Counted from the stretch's first letter, positions 1-9,145 are shown. The stretch: 56,391 nucleotides of DNA from Micromonosporaceae bacterium (GCA_016926535.1 JAFGOK010000088.1:1-56391); one strand, 5' to 3'. A program made the numbers and translations. Notes: generated from the letters alone by a model not told the origin.

Positions 1-2797
1 CAAGTGCCCGGCGGGGCTCGGGCTCACCTTCGGCGAGGGCGACGTGGGCGTCGATGATGTGCCGTCGGGTGGCTTCTCGGTAGCAGGGCAGCCATAGCCA
101 GCTGTGCCCGCTGGCGATGGCTCCGGTGTACAGGTCAATGGTCTGTCGGAGGGCAGCGACATGCTGCGCGGGCTCGACCGCAGTGGCGGCTTGGTCGATG
201 GTGGCGTTGAGGGTCCAGAGGTCGACCTCGACGAGACTCGGGTCGAGGTGGTAGCGCTCGTCAGTCCGTGCGATGGGGTCGGAGCCGACGGCTTCGGCCA
301 GCGTGTGGCGCAGTTCGGAGATGGTGGTGTGGAATCGGCCCCGCGAGTGGCGGGGACGGATTTCTGGCCAGAGCAGGGCCATGAGCTCGTCGCTGGTCGC
401 CCCGTCGGGGTTGACGGCGAGGTGGACCAGGATCTGGACGCCGTCGCTTCGTCGGATCCGCAGACCGGTCCGCTGGTCGCCGTCGATGGCCTCGACTGTG
501 GGCTTGCCGAGGACCGTGATGTGTAGCCGGCGCATGGCTGGCGCGGCTGGGGCAGCGGTGGCGGCCGATGAGGGTGCTGGGTCAGGTGTCGGCGGTTGGC
601 GGGCTGCCAGCGGCGTGTTGGCGCGGGTTCCAGGGGTGGACGGCCAGGGCTGGGCGGGCGGAAGGCCGTCGTCGGTGGGATGCGCCTGGTGAACCGTGTC
701 GAGGATGTCCACAGTGGCGATGGGGTCGAGGACGTTGAGCCGGGGCCCGGGGCGCTCGCCTGCCATCGTGCCGCCGTCAGCGTTGACGTGCCAGGTCTGG
801 CCAGCCGGCCATGCACCGAGCACGGTACCGACGAGGGCGAGCCGGGCGCCGACGGTGAGCACTGCGGCCAGGCGGGTTGCCAGCTTCCCGATCGGAGCGG
901 TGGTCAGGAACACAGCTGGCGCTGGTGCCATGTCGTCGTCGGATCCCAGCACCGTGACCAGGTCAGCGGTGTCACTGGCGAGCCTGGCCCGGAGTAGCAG
1001 GTGCCGTTCGAACTCGTCCAGGGCGTGCTCGACGCTGTCGGCCACGTGGAGCCGTTCCAGTTCCGGCACGGCATGCTCGGCGGTCGGGAGAAGCCGGCGC
1101 AGGTCGTCGGCGGTGGTGATGATCGTGGCCTCCGCGCCGGGGGCCCACGGGCCTCCGGCCGATAGTACGGAGGTGAGCAACCCGCGGGCGGCGCTGGTGG
1201 ACCCCGGACCGGTGAGTCCGACGCCGAGGGCGGGCAGGTCGGGAAGGCCCAGGGGCTTGCCCGCGTGGCTGCCGATAGAGGCGGTGGTCACCAGGGCGGC
1301 GTCGCGGGTCTGTGGCTCGGATGCGTCCATGTCGTCCTCGGTGGTGGAGGTGCGCCGGGCATGGGACAGCGCGGCGACGGCGCGCGGCAGTGGGGTCAGG
1401 TCCGGGTCGTCGCGCTTGGCGGGTCCTGGAGGCCGGGAACGGTAGCGCCGCCGGCGGTGAATCCAGACCAGCGCGGCGGCGGCGGCGACCGCGGCGGCGA
1501 CCTCGACGGTGACCCAGCCGTGGTCGCCGAGGTCGATTCCGGAGCCGTCCTGGTCATCAGCGGGTGGGGCGCCACCATGGGGTTCGATCGGCGTTCCGAC
1601 CTGGGTCGAGGCGGCCGGCAGCGGCGCCGTCGAGGTCGTGGCGGCTGGCGAGGGCGCGGATGGGGTGGTGGTGACGGTGGCCGATGGGGAAACGCTGGGC
1701 CGCGGTGGGGGAGAGGCGCTGCTGCTGGGACCCGGTTCGTCCTGCGTTGGGCCCGTGCCTCCGGGCGAGTCGCCGGCTGCTGGCGGCGGCGCCAGGTTGC
1801 CCACAGCACCAGTGGCATGCTCGCGTGATCCCCGGTCGCGGGCGTCAGCGGGCAGTCGCAGGGTGTCACCCGGTTCGATGTGGTCGGGGAAGGAGGCGCC
1901 GTACTTCTTGGCCAGGTGCGGGTTGAGCCTGGCGATGTCGGGGTAGCGCAGCGGGTCGCCGAGGAATCGTTCGGCCACGTACCAGACCCAGTCGCCGCGC
2001 CGGGTCTCATACACCATGGTTCCGGCTTGCGCGCTGGTGGCCGCTGGCGTGGCTGTGGGACGCACGCCCGTAGCCGGACCGGGGCCAGCCGTGGCGGCGA
2101 CCGGGATCCGCACTGTCCAGCCGGGGTAGAGGCGGGTCTGGCCAGGGCACAGTTGGCGCCCATCTGGTTGAGCGATGCCAGAGGTGGCTGCGGCGATGGC
2201 GTGCCACTGGTACTTGTCGCCGAGGAATCGTTCGGCCAGGGTCGTTAATTGCTCCCCGGGCTGCACGATGTGTTCGATGTAGCCGGTGGGGGCGGCGCGA
2301 GGCATCGCGCCGCCCGGGGTGTCCGCGAGTTCGGCAGCCGGGGCGGAAGCAGGACCAAGGGGTGCGACGGCGGCGGGGGCGGCACGTGCCGGTGCGGCAC
2401 GTACCGGGCTGGCGGTCGCGCTGACGACAGCGGGGGAGGCCAGCATTATGGCGATCGCACTGATCATGGCTGCGACGAGTCGTTGCTGCCAGGTCCAGGC
2501 CGGCAGGTGCCATCCGCGCCACTGAGCCAGGATCTCGGCGAGGATCGCCCAGATGAACGTGATCCAACCCGCCCAGCTGATGAGGCAGAGGACCCGCACG
2601 AACAGGGTGCCGTCGTCTGGGCCGGCTACGTCCTGCAGGGAGGGCAGAGGCGGGCCAAGATGGCGCCAGGCGGTCAGCAGGACCAGTGGTACCGCGACGA
2701 GGAAGGCGAGCATGCCGATCAGCGCGGCCAGGCCGAGCAGGAACCGTGAGGCCCGGCTGCCGGGCCGGCCTCCGGCGCGCGTGGTGCGAAGCGGCAT
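1..2797 (-). CDS. LysM-domain membrane protein with C-terminal BTAD/SARP-like domain (3' end runs off the window; not in supplied ORF track)
   Basis: Minus-strand frame opened by ATG 2795-2797 (GGAGGGAG SD 5 nt upstream, 33 nt after the TadG-like stop) stays open to position 1 in my hand translation (~932 codons). It has two LysM-like repeats (YIEHIVQPGEQLTTLAERFLGDKYQW; VYETRRGDWVWYVAERFLGDPLRYPDIARLN) and several hydrophobic helices. The C-terminal segment (RLHITVLGKPTVEA...SDELMALLWPE...YHLDPSLVEVDLW) is typical of OmpR/BTAD-type domains. Confidence 0.7.
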   Translation of the reverse strand, partial: MPLRTTRAGGRPGSRASRFLLGLAALIGMLAFLVAVPLVLLTAWRHLGPPLPSLQDVAGPDDGTLFVRVLCLISWAGWITFIWAILAEILAQWRGWHLPAWTWQQRLVAAMISAIAIMLASPAVVSATASPVRAAPARAAPAAVAPLGPASAPAAELADTPGGAMPRAAPTGYIEHIVQPGEQLTTLAERFLGDKYQWHAIAAATSGIAQPDGRQLCPGQTRLYPGWTVRIPVAATAGPGPATGVRPTATPAATSAQAGTMVYETRRGDWVWYVAERFLGDPLRYPDIARLNPHLAKKYGASFPDHIEPGDTLRLPADARDRGSREHATGAVGNLAPPPAAGDSPGGTGPTQDEPGPSSSASPPPRPSVSPSATVTTTPSAPSPAATTSTAPLPAASTQVGTPIEPHGGAPPADDQDGSGIDLGDHGWVTVEVAAAVAAAAALVWIHRRRRYRSRPPGPAKRDDPDLTPLPRAVAALSHARRTSTTEDDMDASEPQTRDAALVTTASIGSHAGKPLGLPDLPALGVGLTGPGSTSAARGLLTSVLSAGGPWAPGAEATIITTADDLRRLLPTAEHAVPELERLHVADSVEHALDEFERHLLLRARLASDTADLVTVLGSDDDMAPAPAVFLTTAPIGKLATRLAAVLTVGARLALVGTVLGAWPAGQTWHVNADGGTMAGERPGPRLNVLDPIATVDILDTVHQAHPTDDGLPPAQPWPSTPGTRANTPLAARQPPTPDPAPSSAATAAPAAPAMRRLHITVLGKPTVEAIDGDQRTGLRIRRSDGVQILVHLAVNPDGATSDELMALLWPEIRPRHSRGRFHTTISELRHTLAEAVGSDPIARTDERYHLDPSLVEVDLWTLNATIDQAATAVEPAQHVAALRQTIDLYTGAIASGHSWLWLPCYREATRRHIIDAHVALAEGEPEPRRAL

Positions 2798-2829
2798 GGT
2801 CGCTCCCTCCTCACCCCGTGGTGGTCTGG

Positions 2830-3258
2830 TCAGGTCGCCACGACCGCTGCGGTGGCCTGCCGGGTCGCGGTGAGGGTCTCGATGCCGACCAGCCCCAGGA
2901 ACACGGTCGGGTAGACGATCGTCACGGTGACGATGATGTGCTGCCGGTCCGGCGACACGCTGACAGTCCCGGTCACCCCGGCCGCAGCCAGGTAGTTCTG
3001 GGCTGCTGCGACGGCAGCAACCGGATCAACGATCTTGTCTCCGCCCTGAATGGCCTGCGGACCGTCGATGGCCTGCCCCGCGGCGCGGGCGGCCTCACTG
3101 GCGAGGTGGTCCGCGCGCTGCAGGGCGCGGATCTTGCCGCCGCCATCCACGGACAGTCCGATCATCGCGAGAACCGCGACAGCCAGGACGATGACCAGCA
3201 GCGCGACGCGGCCCTCGTCTCGGGGCGTGCGCCGATGCTGCTGGCTGATCCGTCTCAT
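2830..3258 (-). CDS. TadE/G-like (TadG-type) Flp pilus assembly protein
   Basis: Start taken at internal ATG 3258 of ORF 2830..3681, in ATGA overlap with the upstream stop at 3255. A basic N-terminus is followed by the helix RVALLVIVLAVAVLAMIGLSVDGG, typical of TadE/G-like proteins. Confidence 0.6.
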   Translation of the reverse strand: MRRISQQHRRTPRDEGRVALLVIVLAVAVLAMIGLSVDGGGKIRALQRADHLASEAARAAGQAIDGPQAIQGGDKIVDPVAAVAAAQNYLAAAGVTGTVSVSPDRQHIIVTVTIVYPTVFLGLVGIETLTATRQATAAVVAT

Positions 3259-3695
3259 GACCGGGTCCGAAATGTGTCGAGAGTGGAGACGAAGCTGGCC
3301 TGCAGGGTCTTCGATCCGGGTAAACCGTCGGCGACGAGGTCGGAGCAGTCGACGACGCACCTGATGGAGACCCCGACGGTGGCGGGCTGGCCGACCGGGA
3401 CCGAGAAACCGCTGGTGTCGACCGTGACGGTGAGCGTGGCGCAGTGCAGCCCTCGCTGGCCGAGCGTGGCAGCGGCGGCGGCGTGGGCGTCGGCCTGTGC
3501 CTGGCTGGCGGTGCGGGCGATCGAAGCAGCGCGGGAGGCGTCGTGGGCGGCGGCCTCGATGGCGCCGCCAGCGACCTGGATGCGGCCACCGACGATGGCC
3601 AGGCCGATGAGCGCCAGCAGGGGCGGGGCGAGGATGGCCGCTTCGATGGCGGCGGATCCACTGTCGCCCCTGATGCGCCAACCCCTGATCATCAT
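3255..3695 (-). CDS. TadE-like pseudopilin
   Basis: Start at internal ATG 3695 of ORF 3255..3779, overlapping the upstream stop at 3692. Has the TadE-type N-terminus GDSGSAAIEAAILAPPLLALIGLAIVGG. Confidence 0.7.
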   Translation of the reverse strand: MMIRGWRIRGDSGSAAIEAAILAPPLLALIGLAIVGGRIQVAGGAIEAAAHDASRAASIARTASQAQADAHAAAAATLGQRGLHCATLTVTVDTSGFSVPVGQPATVGVSIRCVVDCSDLVADGLPGSKTLQASFVSTLDTFRTRS

Positions 3696-4174
3696 GGGCT
3701 GGTCACCCGCTCGACGGTGCCGTGCGCGGTCGCCGTGACCTGGACGGCGTTGCAGAAGCCCGGGATGACCGCCAGGCAACGGCCGGTGACGGTGACCTGG
3801 ACCTGTTGCGTGTCGCTGGTCACAGTGACGGTGGAGTCGTTGAGGCTGTCGCCGGTGGAGGCGATGAACGCGGTGGCTTCGGTGACACCGGCGCCGGGAG
3901 CGGCGTTGTAGGCCCGCTGGGCATTGACCCCTTCCTGCGCGGCGGCCAGCGCGATGGACCGGGCCCAGTACCAGGTGGCAGCCTGGATCGCGGTGAACAT
4001 GAGGGCCATGACGGCCGTGGCGGTGATGGCGAACTCGATCGAAGCCGAGCCCCGGTCACGGCCGGGCAGGCGCGATCGGATGCGACGGAGGCGACAGGGG
4101 CGACAGGGCCGACGCGGGCGACGCGGGCGACAGAGGCGACGGGGGCGAATCTGCGGCATGGCTGCGGGGTTCAT
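3692..4174 (-). CDS. TadE-like pseudopilin with long Arg-rich repeat-containing leader
   Basis: ATG 4174 is in ATGA overlap with the flp stop (4171). Has the TadE motif RGSASIEFAITATAVMALMF. The leader is encoded by a 9-bp tandem repeat (4082-4144). Confidence 0.7.
   Translation of the reverse strand: MNPAAMPQIRPRRLCRPRRPRRPCRPCRLRRIRSRLPGRDRGSASIEFAITATAVMALMFTAIQAATWYWARSIALAAAQEGVNAQRAYNAAPGAGVTEATAFIASTGDSLNDSTVTVTSDTQQVQVTVTGRCLAVIPGFCNAVQVTATAHGTVERVTSP
4082..4144. repeat. Imperfect 9-bp tandem repeat GCGAC(R)(S)(R)G x7 inside the TadE leader-coding region
   Basis: Read directly: gcgacggag gcgacaggg gcgacaggg ccgacgcgg gcgacgcgg gcgacagag gcgacgggg. It is in frame (3 codons per unit) and encodes an RPRRLCRPRRPRRPCRPCRLRR-type stretch. 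Confidence 0.9.
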
Positions 4175-4356
4175 TGGATGCCGGGCAGGCGGTTGTTGAC
4201 AGCTGTGGTGATGGCGGCGGCGACCAGTCCGGCCATGGTAAGGGCGAGCAGGGCGAAGATGGCCCACTCGATGGCGGTGGCGCCGGCGTCGTCAGCGCGG
4301 GCGGCGCGCCAGCGCTGGCGCAGCAGCCCCGCGACGGATGTGATCAATGCGGTCAT
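4171..4356 (-). CDS. flp: Flp family type IVb pilin
   Basis: 61 aa. Flp-type processing motif G/ATAIEW followed by the hydrophobic helix AIFALLALTMAGLVAAAITTAV. AAAGGAGAA SD upstream. Sits between tadC and tadE. Confidence 0.75.
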   Translation of the reverse strand: MTALITSVAGLLRQRWRAARADDAGATAIEWAIFALLALTMAGLVAAAITTAVNNRLPGIQ

Positions 4357-4389
4357 GGCGGTTGGGTTCTCCTTTCCGCACGGTCGTGG

Positions 4390-5241
4390 TCAGGTGGTGA
4401 CGAGCCGCACCAGGAACGGGTAGGCGGCGATGATGAACAGCACGAACACCATCAGGCTGGTGGGGATGTACAGCACGGTGGTGGCGGTGTTGGCCCGTTC
4501 CTCGTCCTGGGCCAGGATTGCCGCGCGCAGGGATTCGGCGCGGCTGCGCAGGGTGTCGTAGACCTGGGCCCCCTCATCCCCGACCAGCGTCATGATGTCG
4601 CCGACGTCGCCGAGATCGGGTACACCGATCTCGGCGGCGACCTGTTTGAGGCCGTCCCAGGGCGGTTCCAGCCGCAGCCGGGAGGCGTGCAGGGTTTCGC
4701 GGATACGCCGGGAGACCCAGCCGCCCCCGACGGCGGCGGCCCGTTCGAGCGCCTCGGCGGGGCCGCGTGAGGCCGCCAGTTCCAGGGCGATCAGGTCCAG
4801 GTATACCGCGACGTGCCGGGAGAACTCCTCGCGGGCCTCCGCGGCCCGTTGCCGGACGGATACGTCGACGAGAACGAAGAACAGCATGGCCAAGCCGACC
4901 CCGGCAGCACCGGGGATGATCACGCCCAGATGGATGCCGGACAGGGCCAGGATGAGGGCGAACAGCGGGGGGAAGAGGAGTCCCACCAGGGCGAAGCCGA
5001 CCTTCTCTGCCACGTACCGCTCACTGCTGTGCCCGATCAGGGCCAGCTCACGCTGCGGGATGCGAAGCCGGCTGCCCAGCATCGTGAGCGGACCAGCCGG
5101 CGGTGCGTCCGAAGCGGCCCGCAGTTGGCGTAGCGCCGGGCCAAGGGCGGGAACGCCGGGCGTGGCCTCCCAGACCACGAGCCACACCCCCAGCCCAGCC
5201 GCGGCCCCGGCGAGGATGGCGACAATCACGACGGGGCTCAT
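4390..5241 (-). CDS. tadC: Type II secretion system F-family protein TadC
   Basis: 283-aa polytopic membrane protein. ATGA overlap with the tadB stop. Position and size fit TadC. Confidence 0.75.
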   Translation of the reverse strand: MSPVVIVAILAGAAAGLGVWLVVWEATPGVPALGPALRQLRAASDAPPAGPLTMLGSRLRIPQRELALIGHSSERYVAEKVGFALVGLLFPPLFALILALSGIHLGVIIPGAAGVGLAMLFFVLVDVSVRQRAAEAREEFSRHVAVYLDLIALELAASRGPAEALERAAAVGGGWVSRRIRETLHASRLRLEPPWDGLKQVAAEIGVPDLGDVGDIMTLVGDEGAQVYDTLRSRAESLRAAILAQDEERANTATTVLYIPTSLMVFVLFIIAAYPFLVRLVTT

Positions 5242-6176
5242 CGTGCCGCCCCCTGCCGCCCGATGCCAGCACCAGCCAGGTGGTCCTGGCCGGCTGCCGG
5301 AGCGGCTGGCCTGATGAGGAATCGCCGACGCTGCGGCGGCTGGGTCAGGTGCCTGATCCAGGCCAGCAGACCGACCAGCAGCAGCGTCGCGGCGAACAGC
5401 ACCAGCTGCCCGACGGCATCCCCGTACGGCGTGGCGTAGGCGCTGTTGGCGAAGACCACGACCAGCACCACGGCGATCAGCACGGTCATGAACCGGGTGA
5501 CAAACCTGGGCTCGGCGCGCTTGGCGGCCACCCCGCGACGCATCACCACCTCGCTGGCAGCCGACCGCGCGACCGATGTGAGTACATCGGACAGCCGCTG
5601 GCCGCGGTCGCTGGCGTGGAGCTTCAACGCGGCGATCACCTCGTCGGCCTCGAAGTCGGCGAGGGAGTCAGCGAAGCGGTCCAGTGCCACCTGCGGGTCC
5701 GTGCCGGCTTGCAGGGCCGCGGCCAGCTCGGACACCTCGCAGGCAATCGGGGCTGGCGCGGTGCGGGCGCTGGTGACGATGCCCGAGATCAGCCCGTGCC
5801 CGGTACGGACCAGGTCCTTCAGCCGCCGGGTCCAGGCCTCCACCGCTTCCAGGCGTGCGATCATCCGCCGCTCCGCCGCACCGACGGTCAGCAGCCATGG
5901 CCCGCCCAGCACGGCCAGCCCGGCGATGAGGCCGCCCACTGGCCAGCCGGTCAGCAACCACACGGCGGCGGTCGCGGCGACCGCGACAGCCAGCAAACCC
6001 TGCCTGGCCCGGCGGGCGCGAACCGGCAGTCCGACACCGGCCAGCACGGCCAGCCGGGCGGTGGAGGGTGCTGGCGGTCCGGCTGGTCGCCGCGTGCCGA
6101 CCAGGCCAGCGATGGCCAGCGTCATCCCTGCGGCCAGGGCGGCAGCGGCCAGGGACGCCAAGGCGGCGGGGCTCAT
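5238..6176 (-). CDS. tadB: Type II secretion system F-family protein TadB
   Basis: Start at internal ATG 6176 (MSPAALASLAAAAL...), in ATGA overlap with the tadA stop at 6173. Polytopic membrane protein. Confidence 0.75.
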   Translation of the reverse strand: MSPAALASLAAAALAAGMTLAIAGLVGTRRPAGPPAPSTARLAVLAGVGLPVRARRARQGLLAVAVAATAAVWLLTGWPVGGLIAGLAVLGGPWLLTVGAAERRMIARLEAVEAWTRRLKDLVRTGHGLISGIVTSARTAPAPIACEVSELAAALQAGTDPQVALDRFADSLADFEADEVIAALKLHASDRGQRLSDVLTSVARSAASEVVMRRGVAAKRAEPRFVTRFMTVLIAVVLVVVFANSAYATPYGDAVGQLVLFAATLLLVGLLAWIRHLTQPPQRRRFLIRPAAPAAGQDHLAGAGIGRQGAAR

Positions 6177-7606
6177 CGCCGACCTCCGACCAGCGTGGGT
6201 AGCGGCTGGTCCCACAGGCCGTCGCTGAGGTTGAGCCACTGGAGGTCAAACCCTGCGCGTTGCAGGTCAGCGCAGGTGCGCTGGGGTTGCAGGCGCGGCC
6301 GGGCGCGCCCGTCGGGACCGGGACCGAAGATGGTCTGGGTGGCCGGGGTCGCCCCGTCACCCAGACCGTCGATCTCGATGACGTGGGAGACGAACCGATG
6401 CCGGCGCCCGCCGATCGCGGTTTCGTTGATCATATCGATGTAGACGATGTAGTCCAGGGCGTTGACAATGGTCAGCCAGGCGCCGGTCAGCGTTCCGGCC
6501 GCGCCGTAGCGCATCAGCAACTCGGCCAGCCGCAGCAGCACACCGCCAGCATGGCGGACGTGCACTGTGCACATCGAGCCGCGCATCGTGTTCATCGCAT
6601 CGAACATCGGCACGATCTCCGCCGAGCGAACCTCACCGACCAGGACCCGGGTCATCGACAGCCGCAGCATGTCCGGGAAGATCCGTTCAAGGCTCACCTC
6701 GCCGGCCGGTCGCCCGTCCGGGCCGAGATCGCCGTGGCCTTCCCTGGACTCGACGGCCACGACCCAGTCGAACTCACCGGTCTCGTGCAGACCCAGCTCG
6801 TACTCGGTCTCCATCGTGGCAAACCACTCCCCGCGGGGAATCTCAGTGGCCATCGCGCGCATCAGGGTGGTCTTCCCGCTATTCGGCGGTCCGGTGATGA
6901 TGACGTTGAGGTCGGCGCGGACGAGGGCGGCCAGGAACTGGCGCAGCACCGCGTCGATGGCGCCGAGCGCCACCATGTCGTCGAGGTTGACCTTCCGGGT
7001 GCGATGGCGGCGGGTCACCACCACCGGGGCCGGAGTGACGACGTGCATCGCGGCGAGCCGGTTGCCGTTGGGCAGCCGCATGTTCAGCGTCGGCTTGGCG
7101 ACCGTGAGCGCGCGCTCGTTCTGCAGGCCGGTGGCAGCGATGCGCTGGATCATCTGGAGGAGTTCGTGGTCGCTGCCGGCCGCCATCGGGCCGTGCTCGA
7201 CGCGACCGTCGGCGTACTCCACCCGGACCCGATCGTGGCGCAGCACCATGACGTTCTCCACGTCCGGATCGTCGGTGATGGCCTGCAACCGGCCCAGGCC
7301 GAACAGGTATGCCAGCACCGCGTCGAGCAAGGTCCGCTCCTCGTCGTCGCTGATGCTGTCGCCGGCCACCCGGCGGGTGTCGACGTAGGCGCGCACCACC
7401 CGGGCGGCGATGTCCTCCCCGATGGCCTGCCGGTCGGCCGGCGTGGCGTCGGCACTGGTGCGGAACTCGGCGGCCAGCAGCTGCGCTGCCTGCTCGTGCA
7501 GCATCCGCACCGCGGCGTCGTCTGGCGGGACCGGTCGCGCCGGCCCCGGCACGGCACTTCGTTCAGGCATGAATCGCCATCCATTGATGGGTGGGTCAGC
7601 TGGCAT
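6173..7606 (-). CDS. tadA: CpaF/TadA family secretion ATPase
   Basis: Walker A ITGPPNSGKTTLMRAM and Walker B region RVLVGEVRSAE. Start chosen at ATG 7606 because GGGAGG lies 7 nt upstream; ATG 7570 is the alternative. Confidence 0.9.
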   Translation of the reverse strand: MPADPPINGWRFMPERSAVPGPARPVPPDDAAVRMLHEQAAQLLAAEFRTSADATPADRQAIGEDIAARVVRAYVDTRRVAGDSISDDEERTLLDAVLAYLFGLGRLQAITDDPDVENVMVLRHDRVRVEYADGRVEHGPMAAGSDHELLQMIQRIAATGLQNERALTVAKPTLNMRLPNGNRLAAMHVVTPAPVVVTRRHRTRKVNLDDMVALGAIDAVLRQFLAALVRADLNVIITGPPNSGKTTLMRAMATEIPRGEWFATMETEYELGLHETGEFDWVVAVESREGHGDLGPDGRPAGEVSLERIFPDMLRLSMTRVLVGEVRSAEIVPMFDAMNTMRGSMCTVHVRHAGGVLLRLAELLMRYGAAGTLTGAWLTIVNALDYIVYIDMINETAIGGRRHRFVSHVIEIDGLGDGATPATQTIFGPGPDGRARPRLQPQRTCADLQRAGFDLQWLNLSDGLWDQPLPTLVGGRR

Positions 7607-8450
7607 TGCGCACCTCCCTCGCCTCGGCAACCCGGTTGGTCTGCCCGCTGCTGACAGCCTGGCTGGTGGTTCCGTCGCGGGCGGCTCGCCCGGTGGCCAC
7701 CAGCCGCAGCACCGCCGCCTCGGCATGGGCGGCGGCCCGCAGCAACCGGCCCCGGTAGTGCTCCCCGCCACCGCTGAGCACCGCCGCAGCGCCCGGATCG
7801 TTGGGCACTACGGCTATCACCGGGGCGTGCAGCTGCGATGCGCACTCGTTCGGGCCATAGGGGCCAGCTCCCACCAGCATGAGACCGATCGGACCGGTGA
7901 CGCTCCGGTGCAGCGGCGGCAGGGCGACGGCGCTGGCGCGGATCGAGGGCAGGTCCGGGCGCAGCACCAGCAGCACCACATCCGCTGCGGCCAGCACGGG
8001 CATGGGCGGGTATCCGACCGCAAGCCGCCCGCAGTCCGCGATCACGTCGTATCCGGAGTGCCCCGATTCCAGGCTCCGAAACAGCTGGGCCAGCTGCTCC
8101 CAACCGGTGGGCTCTCGGAGGTCGTCTCGCTCAGCCCAGGTGCGTGCCTGCGCCGGCTCGGTCAGGCCAGGCAGCACCAGCCGAGTCATCGCGGTGCCCT
8201 TGCCGGGGGTGAGGTCGACCAGCTGGTTCCACAGGTCCTCGGCCAGGCGACCTCGCCGCAGCGCGGCTCCGAGGCGGGCCAGCCCCCGGTCGGCGAGGGG
8301 GATCTCCCGGAGGAATCCGGCTGCGATGTCCCCACCGGCTGGGTCGCACTCGGCGAGGATGATCCGTCTCCTCCAGGTCAGGGTGAGCGCGAGCGCGGAC
8401 ACGGTGACGCCTGGAGATCTCTTGGCCGAGCACACCACGATGAGCGCCAT
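7596..8450 (-). CDS. TadZ/CpaE-like ParA/MinD-fold protein with degenerate P-loop
   Basis: Start at ATG 8450 (MALIVVCSAKRSPGVTVSALAL) with AGGAGGTGAGG SD. The rest of the 527-aa ORF is an Arg-rich 5' extension overlapping cpaB. Position between cpaB and tadA. Confidence 0.55.
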   Translation of the reverse strand: MALIVVCSAKRSPGVTVSALALTLTWRRRIILAECDPAGGDIAAGFLREIPLADRGLARLGAALRRGRLAEDLWNQLVDLTPGKGTAMTRLVLPGLTEPAQARTWAERDDLREPTGWEQLAQLFRSLESGHSGYDVIADCGRLAVGYPPMPVLAAADVVLLVLRPDLPSIRASAVALPPLHRSVTGPIGLMLVGAGPYGPNECASQLHAPVIAVVPNDPGAAAVLSGGGEHYRGRLLRAAAHAEAAVLRLVATGRAARDGTTSQAVSSGQTNRVAEAREVRNAS

Positions 8451-8452
8451 CC

Positions 8453-9145
8453 TCACCTCCTGGTGGTCACGACGATGACGACGCGGCCGGCCGCGGCCAT
8501 CGACGCCACCGTCGGCCCGTCGGACTGGGACACGGCGACGTCGACCCGGACGTTGCCGTTGGTCTGCGGCGGCGCGCTTCCCTCCACCGTTGCGGGGATG
8601 GTCGATGGTCTGCTCGTGCCGCTGGGCTGCGAGTCCGGCACGCCGGCCAGGCTGCTGGGCGGCACGATGACCAGGATCACCGCGTCGCCCGGCCGGAGCG
8701 TGCGGGCCGGCAGCTGCCCGGGTTTGAGTTCGATGCCCACCAGCTGCTCGCCGGGTGCGGGGATCGTCAGGTCGGTCACCTGCGCGCGGGTCAGGAGCGT
8801 TCCCGCGAACAGATCCGCAGCCGCATGCTGGCCGATTACCTGGTCGCGCTCGCTGGCGGGGATGGGCGACAGCCCGGGAGCCGGGTTGACGTTGACCACG
8901 GTGAGATCCCCGGCTCCGATGGCCGAGCCGTACGGAACGTCGTGGGCGACCGCGAGGTACGGGCGGGTCACCCCTGCGGTCACCACCAGCAGGTAGGTGA
9001 CGATTGCGCCCAGTGCCACAAGCACCATTCCCAGGGCGAACAGCCCCCACCGGCGCCGCCGCGGCAGCCGCGCCAGCGGCGCGGTGATCGGCGCCGGCCT
9101 CGGCGGTGTCCCCTGGGCGGTCGTCCAGTTCGCGGTCGCGGTCAC
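8453..9145 (-). CDS. cpaB: CpaB/RcpC-like Flp pilus assembly protein (SAF domain)
   Basis: GTG 9145 overlaps the upstream stop (GTGA). Has an N-terminal TM (WGLFALGMVLVALGAIVTYLLVV) followed by a SAF-like region (YGSAIGAGDLTVVNV). Confidence 0.7.
   Translation of the reverse strand: MTATANWTTAQGTPPRPAPITAPLARLPRRRRWGLFALGMVLVALGAIVTYLLVVTAGVTRPYLAVAHDVPYGSAIGAGDLTVVNVNPAPGLSPIPASERDQVIGQHAAADLFAGTLLTRAQVTDLTIPAPGEQLVGIELKPGQLPARTLRPGDAVILVIVPPSSLAGVPDSQPSGTSRPSTIPATVEGSAPPQTNGNVRVDVAVSQSDGPTVASMAAAGRVVIVVTTRR

Noticed and set aside
104-2749. Numerous 60-255-aa ORFs listed in the first 2.8 kb (for example 696..1445 +, 1396..2163 -, 2007..2567 -)
   Set aside because: All are off-frame or antisense to the single long LysM/BTAD reading frame that is open across the region. 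Their compositions are Arg/Pro/Ser-rich.
5103-8996. Long plus-strand ORFs (5103..6443, 6260..7654, 7410..8996) across the tad genes
   Set aside because: They have low-complexity Arg/Gly/Pro composition and are antisense to TadB, TadA and TadZ, which carry Walker and TM signatures. No SDs are present.
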